Assembly: GCA_039588275.1 (NCBI GenBank)
Contig: JBDHAC010000019.1
Coordinates: forward strand, 1-59,298
DNA from: Gemmatimonadota bacterium
GTDB lineage: Bacteria; Gemmatimonadota; Gemmatimonadetes; Palauibacterales; Palauibacteraceae
Reading direction: 5' to 3'
Length of the DNA stretch: 59,298 nucleotides
Shown here in pieces: positions 29,264-37,438 of the stretch. How positions within the stretch are numbered: position 1 is the stretch's first letter; each line of letters begins with the position of its first letter. Below the pieces are notes generated by a model. That model ran no database searches and had not been told where the DNA came from. It worked only from the letters and a program-made list of their open reading frames with translations. The translations under genes were made by a program, and so were the position numbers.

Positions 29264-30844
29264 TCACATACTGGCCGCCGCCAACGGGGGCGGCTCTTCG
29301 GCGAGGCGATTCGGCGCCCCGCCGTTCGCATGCAGGTATGCGTGAGGGTTGTGGTGCAGGGCTCCGTCGGGGAGAAAACCCCACAACGGCCCGAGCTCCG
29401 CCTTGACCCGGTCGCGGTAGAAGTCCGGTAGCTGGTCCGTCTCCCCCTCGAAATAGTCGCGGAAGCCCCGGTCGGTCGCGAGCCGGTCCCGGAGGTCGCT
29501 GTAGTACTCGATCCTTCCCCGACCTTCTGACGAGATGGCTCGCACGACGTTCATCATGCGTGGAATCGTGCCACCGTTGGCCCTCAGCCGGCGCCACACG
29601 CGCCGCTTGGAGAAGCTGTATCGGGTGAGGTCGATCACGTGATCATAGAACTCCAACCACTCGTAATTCATGGGCCGGACGTTCATGGCGTGGTTGTTGT
29701 TGAGGAAATGGAACGGGAAGCCGAGCACCCGGTCGTCCTTCTGATATTCGAGGTTGAGGGGTGCGGCCTGTCCGAACGCGGTCAACAGCGAAAACCCGGG
29801 GAATGAGCCGGGCGAGAGATCGATGAACCGCTTGGTTAGCTCGAAGGGCTCCGCACCCTCATCGCCGTCGAGTCCGAGCACGAAGTTCGTCTGCAGGTAC
29901 GGTACATTTCGCAGAAGCATGTTGGTGTGGTCAGCGACCTGCTCGACCTTCTCGAGGCCCTGTTTCTTCCCGGTCTTCGACTTGTTCCCGAGATCGTACC
30001 ACGATTCGATGCCGGGGAGCAGCGCCTTGAAGCCGTTCTTGGCCAGACGCTCCACGTGCGGCTCCGACAACAGCGACAGGCTGCTCTCCGCGATGAAGTC
30101 GATGCTTCCGGGCGGGATGGCCTCTTCGATGGCGTTCATGTAGTCGTCGAATCGCACGCCGAAGTTCGGATCGTGCCAGCCGACCTTCGGCCGCTTCAGC
30201 TTCGTTCGCAGGAACCGCAGATCCTCCTTCATCTCGTCGAAGTCGAGCGGCTGATACTTGACCTCGGAGTCGATGCAGAAGCTGCATGTATAGGGACAGC
30301 CCAGGCTGCCGAGCATCGGGACGATCTTGAGGGTCGGCGCCTTTTTCAGCGTCGGCTCGATGAATTTCCACCGCGCGCGGACGCTCGGAAGCGTGAGTGG
30401 CTGTGTCGTGGCAGCCAGGTGACGGCCCATAGGCCGCTGCGAGGCGCATTCGTCGAGAACCTCCCTCAACACATCCCGGTCGGTGAACCCGAGGACGTAA
30501 TCGAAGTACTTCTGAGCGTCCTGTGGATAGCAGCGGGCATGCGGACCACCGAGACACGTCACGACCCCTCGCTCCCGGAACATGGCGCTGATCGCGTAGG
30601 ATAGCTGCGCCGCCTGCGAGAACGCGCCGATGATCAGAAGATCGATGTCGTCGGGAAGCTCCTCGCTGAGGTTCTCGAAGCCCGTGTAGCAGACCAGGGT
30701 CACCTCGTGACCGTCCTCCTCGCACCACACACCCACCACCTGAGGCATGATGCTGGCCAAGTTGGCGTTCATCACACGGGCGTACAGGGCCTTGGTCGGC
30801 GCTTTCGCGACAAGGTCGATGATGCCGATTCGCAGCTTACGCAA
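29264..30844 (-). CDS. Radical SAM protein with N-terminal B12-binding-like domain
   Basis: TTG start after AAGGAG; LGGPHA, GCPYTCSFC (CxxxCxxC), DPNF, GIES, FVLGLDGD. Confidence 0.88.
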   Translation of the reverse strand: MRKLRIGIIDLVAKAPTKALYARVMNANLASIMPQVVGVWCEEDGHEVTLVCYTGFENLSEELPDDIDLLIIGAFSQAAQLSYAISAMFRERGVVTCLGGPHARCYPQDAQKYFDYVLGFTDRDVLREVLDECASQRPMGRHLAATTQPLTLPSVRARWKFIEPTLKKAPTLKIVPMLGSLGCPYTCSFCIDSEVKYQPLDFDEMKEDLRFLRTKLKRPKVGWHDPNFGVRFDDYMNAIEEAIPPGSIDFIAESSLSLLSEPHVERLAKNGFKALLPGIESWYDLGNKSKTGKKQGLEKVEQVADHTNMLLRNVPYLQTNFVLGLDGDEGAEPFELTKRFIDLSPGSFPGFSLLTAFGQAAPLNLEYQKDDRVLGFPFHFLNNNHAMNVRPMNYEWLEFYDHVIDLTRYSFSKRRVWRRLRANGGTIPRMMNVVRAISSEGRGRIEYYSDLRDRLATDRGFRDYFEGETDQLPDFYRDRVKAELGPLWGFLPDGALHHNPHAYLHANGGAPNRLAEEPPPLAAASM

Positions 30845-31237
30845 TGCAGTCTCCTTGGGGCCTATCGACAGTAGGGAGCAAGATCACGCGAATGCGTGTG
30901 CAATCCGCGATCGGTGGAGGCGGACACCTGATTCCTATCGCTCCAGATAGGAGCCTCGAAGGCGGGAGCGATCAAAGCATCTGAAAAAGGCACCCCCGAA
31001 CCTAGCGGGTCGAGGCTGCGATCGACAATGGAAGGCGCGCGCGGGCGATGGGTGATGGCCCGGGCTCCTCGAACGGATTCAAGGTCCGGGAGCAGCGGTA
31101 GCGACGAACCTGGGGGCGACCTTACTTGCCAACAGGTCGAGATCCGCTGCGATCACGTCGCCGCTCCTGGATAGCTGCGCAGCGGTCGAAGAGAGCATCG
31201 GCTTCCTCGTCCGCGGGCGCGATCCGGTCCGGTCAAA

Positions 31238-31924
31238 TCAGCAGGATGAGGGGTCCACCTCGATCCTTACGGCCAACGCGTCGATCGAGCCCCGACCACC
31301 GCTGACATTGATCAGGGCGTTCGCGCCGAGTCGCCTGGCCTCGTCCACGAGCCGCTCCACCATCTCTCTCATCGCGCCTCGACCCCGCGTGCCCGTCGAT
31401 GCGTAGACTTTCCCCATCTCCTTCTTCGGACACTGCTCGAGCGGTGGCCACTGCGGTTCGCACCGGACTAGACTGCCCAGCTGTATTCGAATCTGCGAGT
31501 CCGGCGGACCGATGCAGGCCCAGATCCGGTCCTCTTCCGCGTCGCCCCCGCCCGTCAGGGAGAAGAGAATGTCCTGACGCGTGATCGGTTCCGTGAGCGT
31601 CAGCGATACGGCTTCTCCGGCCATGTTGCCCAACATCGGCAGAAGGGAAAGATGGGTCTGGAGGGGCAGATAGCACATCGTGTACCTGCCGTCGAGTCCG
31701 GTTTGGGTATCGCCGTGTCCGGGGGTGCCGTCCTTCTCCCACGTCGCGCGCACGGTCACGCCCGGAAGCATCATCTGTGTGTCGACATCCGACACGATCC
31801 CCTGAATGGCCCCGTTCTCGGCCCTCGAGTTGGGGCATAGCTCTTCGAGGTCTTGTGCGCCCAGGGCGGAGACCCCGAGTAGGAGCAGGACGCTCGGTGC
31901 GAGGGCAATTCGGGTGCCGTTCAT
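31238..31924 (-). CDS. Secreted protein: carboxypeptidase-regulatory-like domain plus YbjQ-like C-terminus
   Basis: GAGGA RBS, signal peptide, IQGIVSD...LPGVTV...TGLDGRY, LVDEARRLGANALI. Confidence 0.7.
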   Translation of the reverse strand: MNGTRIALAPSVLLLLGVSALGAQDLEELCPNSRAENGAIQGIVSDVDTQMMLPGVTVRATWEKDGTPGHGDTQTGLDGRYTMCYLPLQTHLSLLPMLGNMAGEAVSLTLTEPITRQDILFSLTGGGDAEEDRIWACIGPPDSQIRIQLGSLVRCEPQWPPLEQCPKKEMGKVYASTGTRGRGAMREMVERLVDEARRLGANALINVSGGRGSIDALAVRIEVDPSSC

Positions 31925-32131
31925 GGTCCTCTCCTATGGCGGGGGCGGCGAGGGAGCCATCACAACGGGCCATCTGGTAAAACACTACTGAGCGGCCGAA
32001 CGCTGCCCGGTCAGTGATGCACAAAAATATGCAGATATGTGCCGGAACTGGACGCGCGGCGCTTGCGGGCATCCGGGTGACTTTCCAAGATTCGCGCGCC
32101 CACTCGAAGTCTGACCTCCTCGCGGACGCGT

Positions 32132-34072
32132 ATGAACGAACTGAAAGCCCTCCGGTCCCTCGCCGAAGCGATGGGTGTTCACACCCGCTACACGGATGGC
32201 CTGAAGAGGCGCGTCACGGTGGCTCCCGACACGCTTGTCAGCGTCTGCGCCGCGCTGGGGGCCTCGGTCACCCGCCCCGGCGACGCCGCCGAAGCGCTGC
32301 GAGCCCACCATGCGAGGCAGGATTCGGGGGCTCTTCCGCCGGTCCTCGTCGCCTGGGACGGCTCGCTGCCTTCCCTCGCGATCTCCGCAGATGGCCTCGT
32401 GCACGCAGAGGTGCTTCTCGAAGACGGCGACGTCGCCCCGCTCGAGATTCGGGACGCTCAGCTGCGAGTGACTCGGCCGCTTCCCGTCGGCTACCACCAA
32501 CTCACGGTCGAGTCCTCGGACAGAGCCGAGATGTGCGCGGTCATCTCGGCGCCGGTGCACGCGTGGCATCGCCCGGGGTCACACCGCAGCTGGGGAGTCG
32601 GGGCACAACTCGCCGCTCTGCGCTCGGCTCGCAGCCGCTCGCTGGGCGATCTCCGAGATCTCGAGTCCGTCTGTCGTTGGGTGGGCGAGCGAGGCGGAGA
32701 CCTGGTCCTGGTCCTCCCGCTGCTTCCCACCTTCAATTCGGAGCCGCCGGAGCCCAGCACGTATTCCGCGGTGAGCCGCCTCTTCTGGTCCGAGCTGATC
32801 CTCGAGCTGGGTGCTGTCCACCGTCCGTCGGAGCCTCCCACGACCCTTGATGTGGCCCGGGCGGACGCCGAGGTCCGTGCCGCCCTGGCGGGACGCCCGG
32901 TCCCCGACCCGTCCCTCCTCGACGACGAGTTGATCCGGTACGCGCGTTTCCGCGGTGCCCAGGCAAGGCTCGGCAGGAACTGGCGCGAATGGCCGTCCGG
33001 GGCGCGGACCGGAAGGCTGGGCCCCGACCACATTGATCCGGAAGAGGAGCGTTTCCACCTCGTGGCTCAAACGCAGGTGCGCCGACAGCTCGAGGACCTG
33101 CGAACGCGCCTCGACGATGGAGGGATCCGGCTCGGGCTGGACCTGGCCGTCGGGTCCCACCCAGACGGCTACGATCCGTGGTCGCGACAAACGCTCTTCG
33201 GGGAGGGGGTGTCGGTGGGGGCACCGCCCGACGAGGGTTTCCCGAGCGGTCAGGATTGGGGCTTTCCACCGGTTCTTCCCGAGGCGTCACGCCGCGAGGG
33301 TCACCGGTACCTGGCGGCGACGATCGCCCACCAGGCGGCCATTTCGGGGGTGCTCCGGGTGGATCACATCATGGCTTGGACCCGGCTCTACTGGATTCCG
33401 CACGGGTTCCCGGTACACGAAGGGACGTATGTTTCGTATCCGCACGATGAGCTCTTCGCGATCCTCACGCTGGAATCGAATCGACACCGGTGCGAGGTGG
33501 TGGGCGAGAACCTGGGCAACGTTCCGCCGGAGATCGACAAGGCGCTTCCCAGGCACCGGATCGGGGGGATGTATCTGGCGCAATTCGAGGCGTGGCGAGC
33601 GACGAAGCGTGCGAAGCGCTCGGCAGGTCTGAAGATCGGAGCCCCCAGCGGGGCGGACATGGCTCTCATCGGCACACACGACACCCCACCATTCGCCGGG
33701 TGGCTCGACGGGTCTGATATCGACGAGCGGGTCCACCACGGCCTGTTGCCGCAAGAGGAGGTCCCGAGCGCTCGGGAGGAACGATCGCTCGCCACGCGAT
33801 TACTTGCCGAGCGCCTCAGCAACCGCGTGGACGAGCCAAGGGTCTTTCTGACGGAGCTGCTGGAGTGGCTCGGCCGGTCCGACAGCCCCCTCGTGGTCCC
33901 CTGGTTGGAGGACCTGTGGCTCGAGGAGGTGGGGGTCAACCTACCGGGGACGAGCTCGTCGGAGCGTCCGAACTGGCAGCGTCCCATGCGGAAGCTCCTC
34001 GACGAGATCTTCACGGACCCCGAGGTGGACGAGCTGATCCGACGCCTCAACCTTGCTCGCAAGCCCGGGTGA
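32132..34072 (+). CDS. malQ: 4-alpha-glucanotransferase (amylomaltase, GH77)
   Basis: LDLAVG, GAPPD, GQDWGFPP, LRVDH, GENLG, GTHD, NLPGT, NW. Confidence 0.93.
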   Translation: MNELKALRSLAEAMGVHTRYTDGLKRRVTVAPDTLVSVCAALGASVTRPGDAAEALRAHHARQDSGALPPVLVAWDGSLPSLAISADGLVHAEVLLEDGDVAPLEIRDAQLRVTRPLPVGYHQLTVESSDRAEMCAVISAPVHAWHRPGSHRSWGVGAQLAALRSARSRSLGDLRDLESVCRWVGERGGDLVLVLPLLPTFNSEPPEPSTYSAVSRLFWSELILELGAVHRPSEPPTTLDVARADAEVRAALAGRPVPDPSLLDDELIRYARFRGAQARLGRNWREWPSGARTGRLGPDHIDPEEERFHLVAQTQVRRQLEDLRTRLDDGGIRLGLDLAVGSHPDGYDPWSRQTLFGEGVSVGAPPDEGFPSGQDWGFPPVLPEASRREGHRYLAATIAHQAAISGVLRVDHIMAWTRLYWIPHGFPVHEGTYVSYPHDELFAILTLESNRHRCEVVGENLGNVPPEIDKALPRHRIGGMYLAQFEAWRATKRAKRSAGLKIGAPSGADMALIGTHDTPPFAGWLDGSDIDERVHHGLLPQEEVPSAREERSLATRLLAERLSNRVDEPRVFLTELLEWLGRSDSPLVVPWLEDLWLEEVGVNLPGTSSSERPNWQRPMRKLLDEIFTDPEVDELIRRLNLARKPG

Positions 34073-34104
34073 ACGAGTCCGGGTGAACGAGTCCGAGTGA
34101 ACGA
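34065..34104. repeat. 14-bp tandem repeat x3 spanning the malQ stop codon
   Basis: CCGGGTGAACGAGT CCGGGTGAACGAGT CCGAGTGAACGA. Confidence 0.85.
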
Positions 34105-34140
34105 AAGACCGAGCATCCACTAGAGAGGCCCGAGTTCCCC

Positions 34141-35703
34141 ATGGAATCACACGCTGCCACCGCTGCTGCCGCCCTCCGGCCCAAGCCGCGTCTGTCGTTC
34201 TGGGAAATCTGGAACATGAGCTTCGGCTTCCTCGGCATTCAGTTCGGCTTCGCGCTACAGAACGCGAACGTGAGCCGCATCTTCGAGACCCTGGGCGCCA
34301 GTGTGGAGAACATCCCGATTCTGTGGATCGCCGCTCCCGTCACCGGGCTCCTGGTTCAGCCCATTGTCGGCTACTTTAGCGACCGAACTTGGAACCGCCT
34401 GGGCCGCCGCCGTCCGTACTTCCTCGGGGGGGCCATCCTGGCCTCGCTGGCCCTGATCGCGATGCCGAATTCCCCCGCCCTGTGGATGGCGGCCGGCATG
34501 CTGTGGATCATGGACGCTTCGATCAACATCTCCATGGAGCCGTTCCGCGCCTTCGTGGGGGACAACCTGCCCTCCGAGCAGCGAACCATCGGGTTCGCCA
34601 TGCAGAGCTTCTTCATCGGTACCGGCGCGGTGGTGGCGTCCATGCTCCCGTGGCTCCTCACGGGGCAGTTCGGCGTGAGCAACGAAGCGCCCGAGGGCGT
34701 AATTCCCGACTCGGTACGCCTCTCGTTCTACCTGGGAGCGGCCGTCTTCTTCCTCGCGGTGCTGTGGACGGTCACTAGATCGAAGGAGTACTCCCCCGAG
34801 GAGATGGCCGCCTTCGAGGAGAACCAGGAGCGGGAGGGCTTCGCCAAGGACATACGGACGGCGGAGGAGTACGCGCTCAACGGCAGACGGCAGATCCGCC
34901 TGGGTTGGATCCTCATCCTCGTGGGAACGCTGCTCAGCCTGTGGCTGGCCCGCGAGGAGATCTATCAGGTCATGGTCCTGTCGGCCGGGGTCGGATTCGT
35001 GGGCGTGCTGCTCATCGTCAGCGGGCTCATGCAGCGCGGCGGCCGATACGACAACGGCTTCGTCACCATCCTGAACGACTTCCAGGACATGCCCCACACC
35101 ATGCGGCAGCTGGCCTGGGTGCAGTTCTTCTCGTGGTTCGCCCTCTTCGCCATGTGGATCTACACGACCGCGGCCGTCACCAGCCACATCTACGGCACGT
35201 CCGACACGGCGTCGGTGCTCTACAACGAGGGGGCCAACTGGGTGGGCGTCGCCTTTGCCGCGTACAACGGTGTCGCCGCCCTGGTGGCCTTCGCCATCCC
35301 TGTCCTGGCGAAGAAGACCAGCCGCAGGATCGCCCACGCCCTCTGCCTCGTCTGCGGTGCGGTCGGGCTCCTGTCCATCTTCGTCATCTCGGACCCCCGG
35401 TACCTGCTGGGCTCCATGGTGGGGGTGGGCATCGCCTGGGCGAGCATCCTCTCCATGCCTTACGCGATCCTGACGGGATCCCTGCCTCCTTCGAAGCTGG
35501 GATACTACATGGGCGTGTTCAATTTCTTCATCGTGATCCCGCAGATCGTCGCGGCGGCGATCCTGGGCTTCTTCGTGGGGCGCTTCTTCGGCGGGGAGGC
35601 CATCTACGCCCTCCTCGTCGGCGGCACGTCCCTCGTGCTCGCCGCCGCGCTGACGCTCCGCGTGGAGGACCGGGACGACGTTGCAGCGGCGGTTTCGGGT
35701 TGA
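34141..35703 (+). CDS. MFS sugar transporter, maltose/sucrose (SUC/MalY-like) family
   Basis: IWNMSFGFLGIQFGFALQNAN, GRRRPY, MEPFRAFVGD, VQFFSWFALFAMW, MGVFNFFIVIPQ. Confidence 0.93.
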   Translation: MESHAATAAAALRPKPRLSFWEIWNMSFGFLGIQFGFALQNANVSRIFETLGASVENIPILWIAAPVTGLLVQPIVGYFSDRTWNRLGRRRPYFLGGAILASLALIAMPNSPALWMAAGMLWIMDASINISMEPFRAFVGDNLPSEQRTIGFAMQSFFIGTGAVVASMLPWLLTGQFGVSNEAPEGVIPDSVRLSFYLGAAVFFLAVLWTVTRSKEYSPEEMAAFEENQEREGFAKDIRTAEEYALNGRRQIRLGWILILVGTLLSLWLAREEIYQVMVLSAGVGFVGVLLIVSGLMQRGGRYDNGFVTILNDFQDMPHTMRQLAWVQFFSWFALFAMWIYTTAAVTSHIYGTSDTASVLYNEGANWVGVAFAAYNGVAALVAFAIPVLAKKTSRRIAHALCLVCGAVGLLSIFVISDPRYLLGSMVGVGIAWASILSMPYAILTGSLPPSKLGYYMGVFNFFIVIPQIVAAAILGFFVGRFFGGEAIYALLVGGTSLVLAAALTLRVEDRDDVAAAVSG

Positions 35704-37427
35704 TGTCGAAGCACAAGATCAACTCGAACATGAAGATGGCGATCCGTGCCGTGGCGCTCACGGGCCTCGGCGCTCTCGCCGTTTCAGGGTGCGGCGCCAG
35801 GCGTCCCGGTGCCGGCGTTCCAGGCGCGGACCTGGCGCCCGCCAGAGCCGCGGATGCGGACGTGTTCTGGAACAGCGCCACGGTCTACTTCCTCCTCACC
35901 GATCGCTTCCATAACGGTGATCCCACCAACGACTTGGCTCTCGGCCGCCCCCAGGACGGGGCGGTGCTGCGCAGCTTTCAGGGCGGGGATCTGGCCGGGG
36001 TGCTCCACAAGCTGGAGGAGGGGTATTTCGATGCCCTGGGGGTCGACGCGGTCTGGATGACCCCGTTCGTGGAGCAGATTCACGGGAGCGTAGACGAAGG
36101 GACCGGTAAGACCTACGGATTCCACGGCTATTGGACGCGGGACTGGACGGCGGTCGAGCCGGCGCTGGGTACTGAGGACGACCTGCGCGCTCTGGTCGAC
36201 GCGGCTCACCGGCGCGGCATCCGCGTCCTGATGGACGCGGTGATCAACCACACGGGCCCGGTGACGCCGCTGGATCCCCAATGGCCAGACGATTGGGTTC
36301 GCACGGGCCCACGGTGCGTCTACCGGGATTATGTGACCACGGTGGACTGCACCCTGGTGGACAACCTCCCCGATGTCCTCACCGACCGGGACGATCCCGT
36401 CGAGCTGCCCCAACCGCTGATCGAGAAGTGGGAGCGGGAGGGCCGCCTGGACCAGGAGATCGCCGAGCTCGACGCCTTCTTCGCGCGCACGGCTTACCCG
36501 CGAGCCCCTCGCTACTACATCATGAAGTGGCTCACGGACTGGGTGCGCGAGCTCGGGTTCGACGGCTACCGGGTGGATACGGCCAAGCACTTCGAAGAGG
36601 CGATCAGCGCGGAGCTGAAGGAGCAAGCCGAACGAGCCTTCGCGGACTGGAAGAGGACCCATCCGGACCGGGTCCTGGACGACCTCCCCTTCTACATGAT
36701 GGGCGAGGTCTACAACTACGAGCTGAGCCATGGGCGGGACTTCGACTTCGGGGACCGGACCGTGGACTTCTTCGACTACGGGTACGACGGCCTCATCAAC
36801 TTCGGCTTCAAGAGGGAGGCCGCCGGGTCCCTGGACGATCTGTTCGCGCGATACTCCGCCGCGCTCCGTGGCGGCGCCCTTCGGGGACTCGCGATCCTCA
36901 ACTACGTCAGCTCGCACGACGACGGCTCACCGTACGACCCCGACCGCGAGGATCCCCTGGGCGCCGGCACCCGGCTGCTGCTCGCTCCCGGTGGCGCGCA
37001 GGTCTATTACGGGGACGAGCTGGCCCGGCCACTGAGGGTGCAGGGCGCCGATGGCGACGCCCGCCTTCGCTCCGTCATGGACTGGGAGGACCTGGAGCGC
37101 GGTGGCTCCACAGCCGAGATCCTGACGCATTGGCGGAAACTGGGCCGGTTTCGGCGGGCCCACCCGGCCGTGGGAGCGGGCGAGCACCGGCGGCTCCAGG
37201 CGGACCCGTACATCTTTAGCCGCACCCTCGAGACTGGCGAGCTCATCGATCGCGTGCTCGTGGCAATGGATCAACGTGAAGGCTCGGTGACCATCCCCGT
37301 CTTCGGCGTGTTTCCCGACGGGACCGAGCTGATGGACGCCTATTCGGGGGAGACGGGCACCGTTACGAACGGAGAAATCTCGCTCGTGACGGAATCCGGC
37401 CTGCTTCTCCTGAGTGAGCGGCGGTAG
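35703..37427 (+). CDS. GH13 alpha-amylase lipoprotein
   Basis: TGATG coupling with the MFS gene; lipobox VSGC; FHGYW, DAVINH, GYRVDTAKH, GEV, SSHD. Confidence 0.92.
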   Translation: MSKHKINSNMKMAIRAVALTGLGALAVSGCGARRPGAGVPGADLAPARAADADVFWNSATVYFLLTDRFHNGDPTNDLALGRPQDGAVLRSFQGGDLAGVLHKLEEGYFDALGVDAVWMTPFVEQIHGSVDEGTGKTYGFHGYWTRDWTAVEPALGTEDDLRALVDAAHRRGIRVLMDAVINHTGPVTPLDPQWPDDWVRTGPRCVYRDYVTTVDCTLVDNLPDVLTDRDDPVELPQPLIEKWEREGRLDQEIAELDAFFARTAYPRAPRYYIMKWLTDWVRELGFDGYRVDTAKHFEEAISAELKEQAERAFADWKRTHPDRVLDDLPFYMMGEVYNYELSHGRDFDFGDRTVDFFDYGYDGLINFGFKREAAGSLDDLFARYSAALRGGALRGLAILNYVSSHDDGSPYDPDREDPLGAGTRLLLAPGGAQVYYGDELARPLRVQGADGDARLRSVMDWEDLERGGSTAEILTHWRKLGRFRRAHPAVGAGEHRRLQADPYIFSRTLETGELIDRVLVAMDQREGSVTIPVFGVFPDGTELMDAYSGETGTVTNGEISLVTESGLLLLSERR

Positions 37428-37438
37428 GCATCCGAATC

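Noticed and set aside
30845..31237. Cobalamin riboswitch upstream of the radical SAM gene
   Set aside because: No GGGAA/GCCACTG/B12-box elements on the minus strand.
34065..34104. CRISPR-like array
   Set aside because: Units are 14 bp, contiguous with no spacers, and there are no cas genes.
34905..35702. 840-aa N-terminally extended amylase
   Set aside because: The extension overlaps the MFS gene out of frame; the real start is at or after 35703, with a lipoprotein signal.
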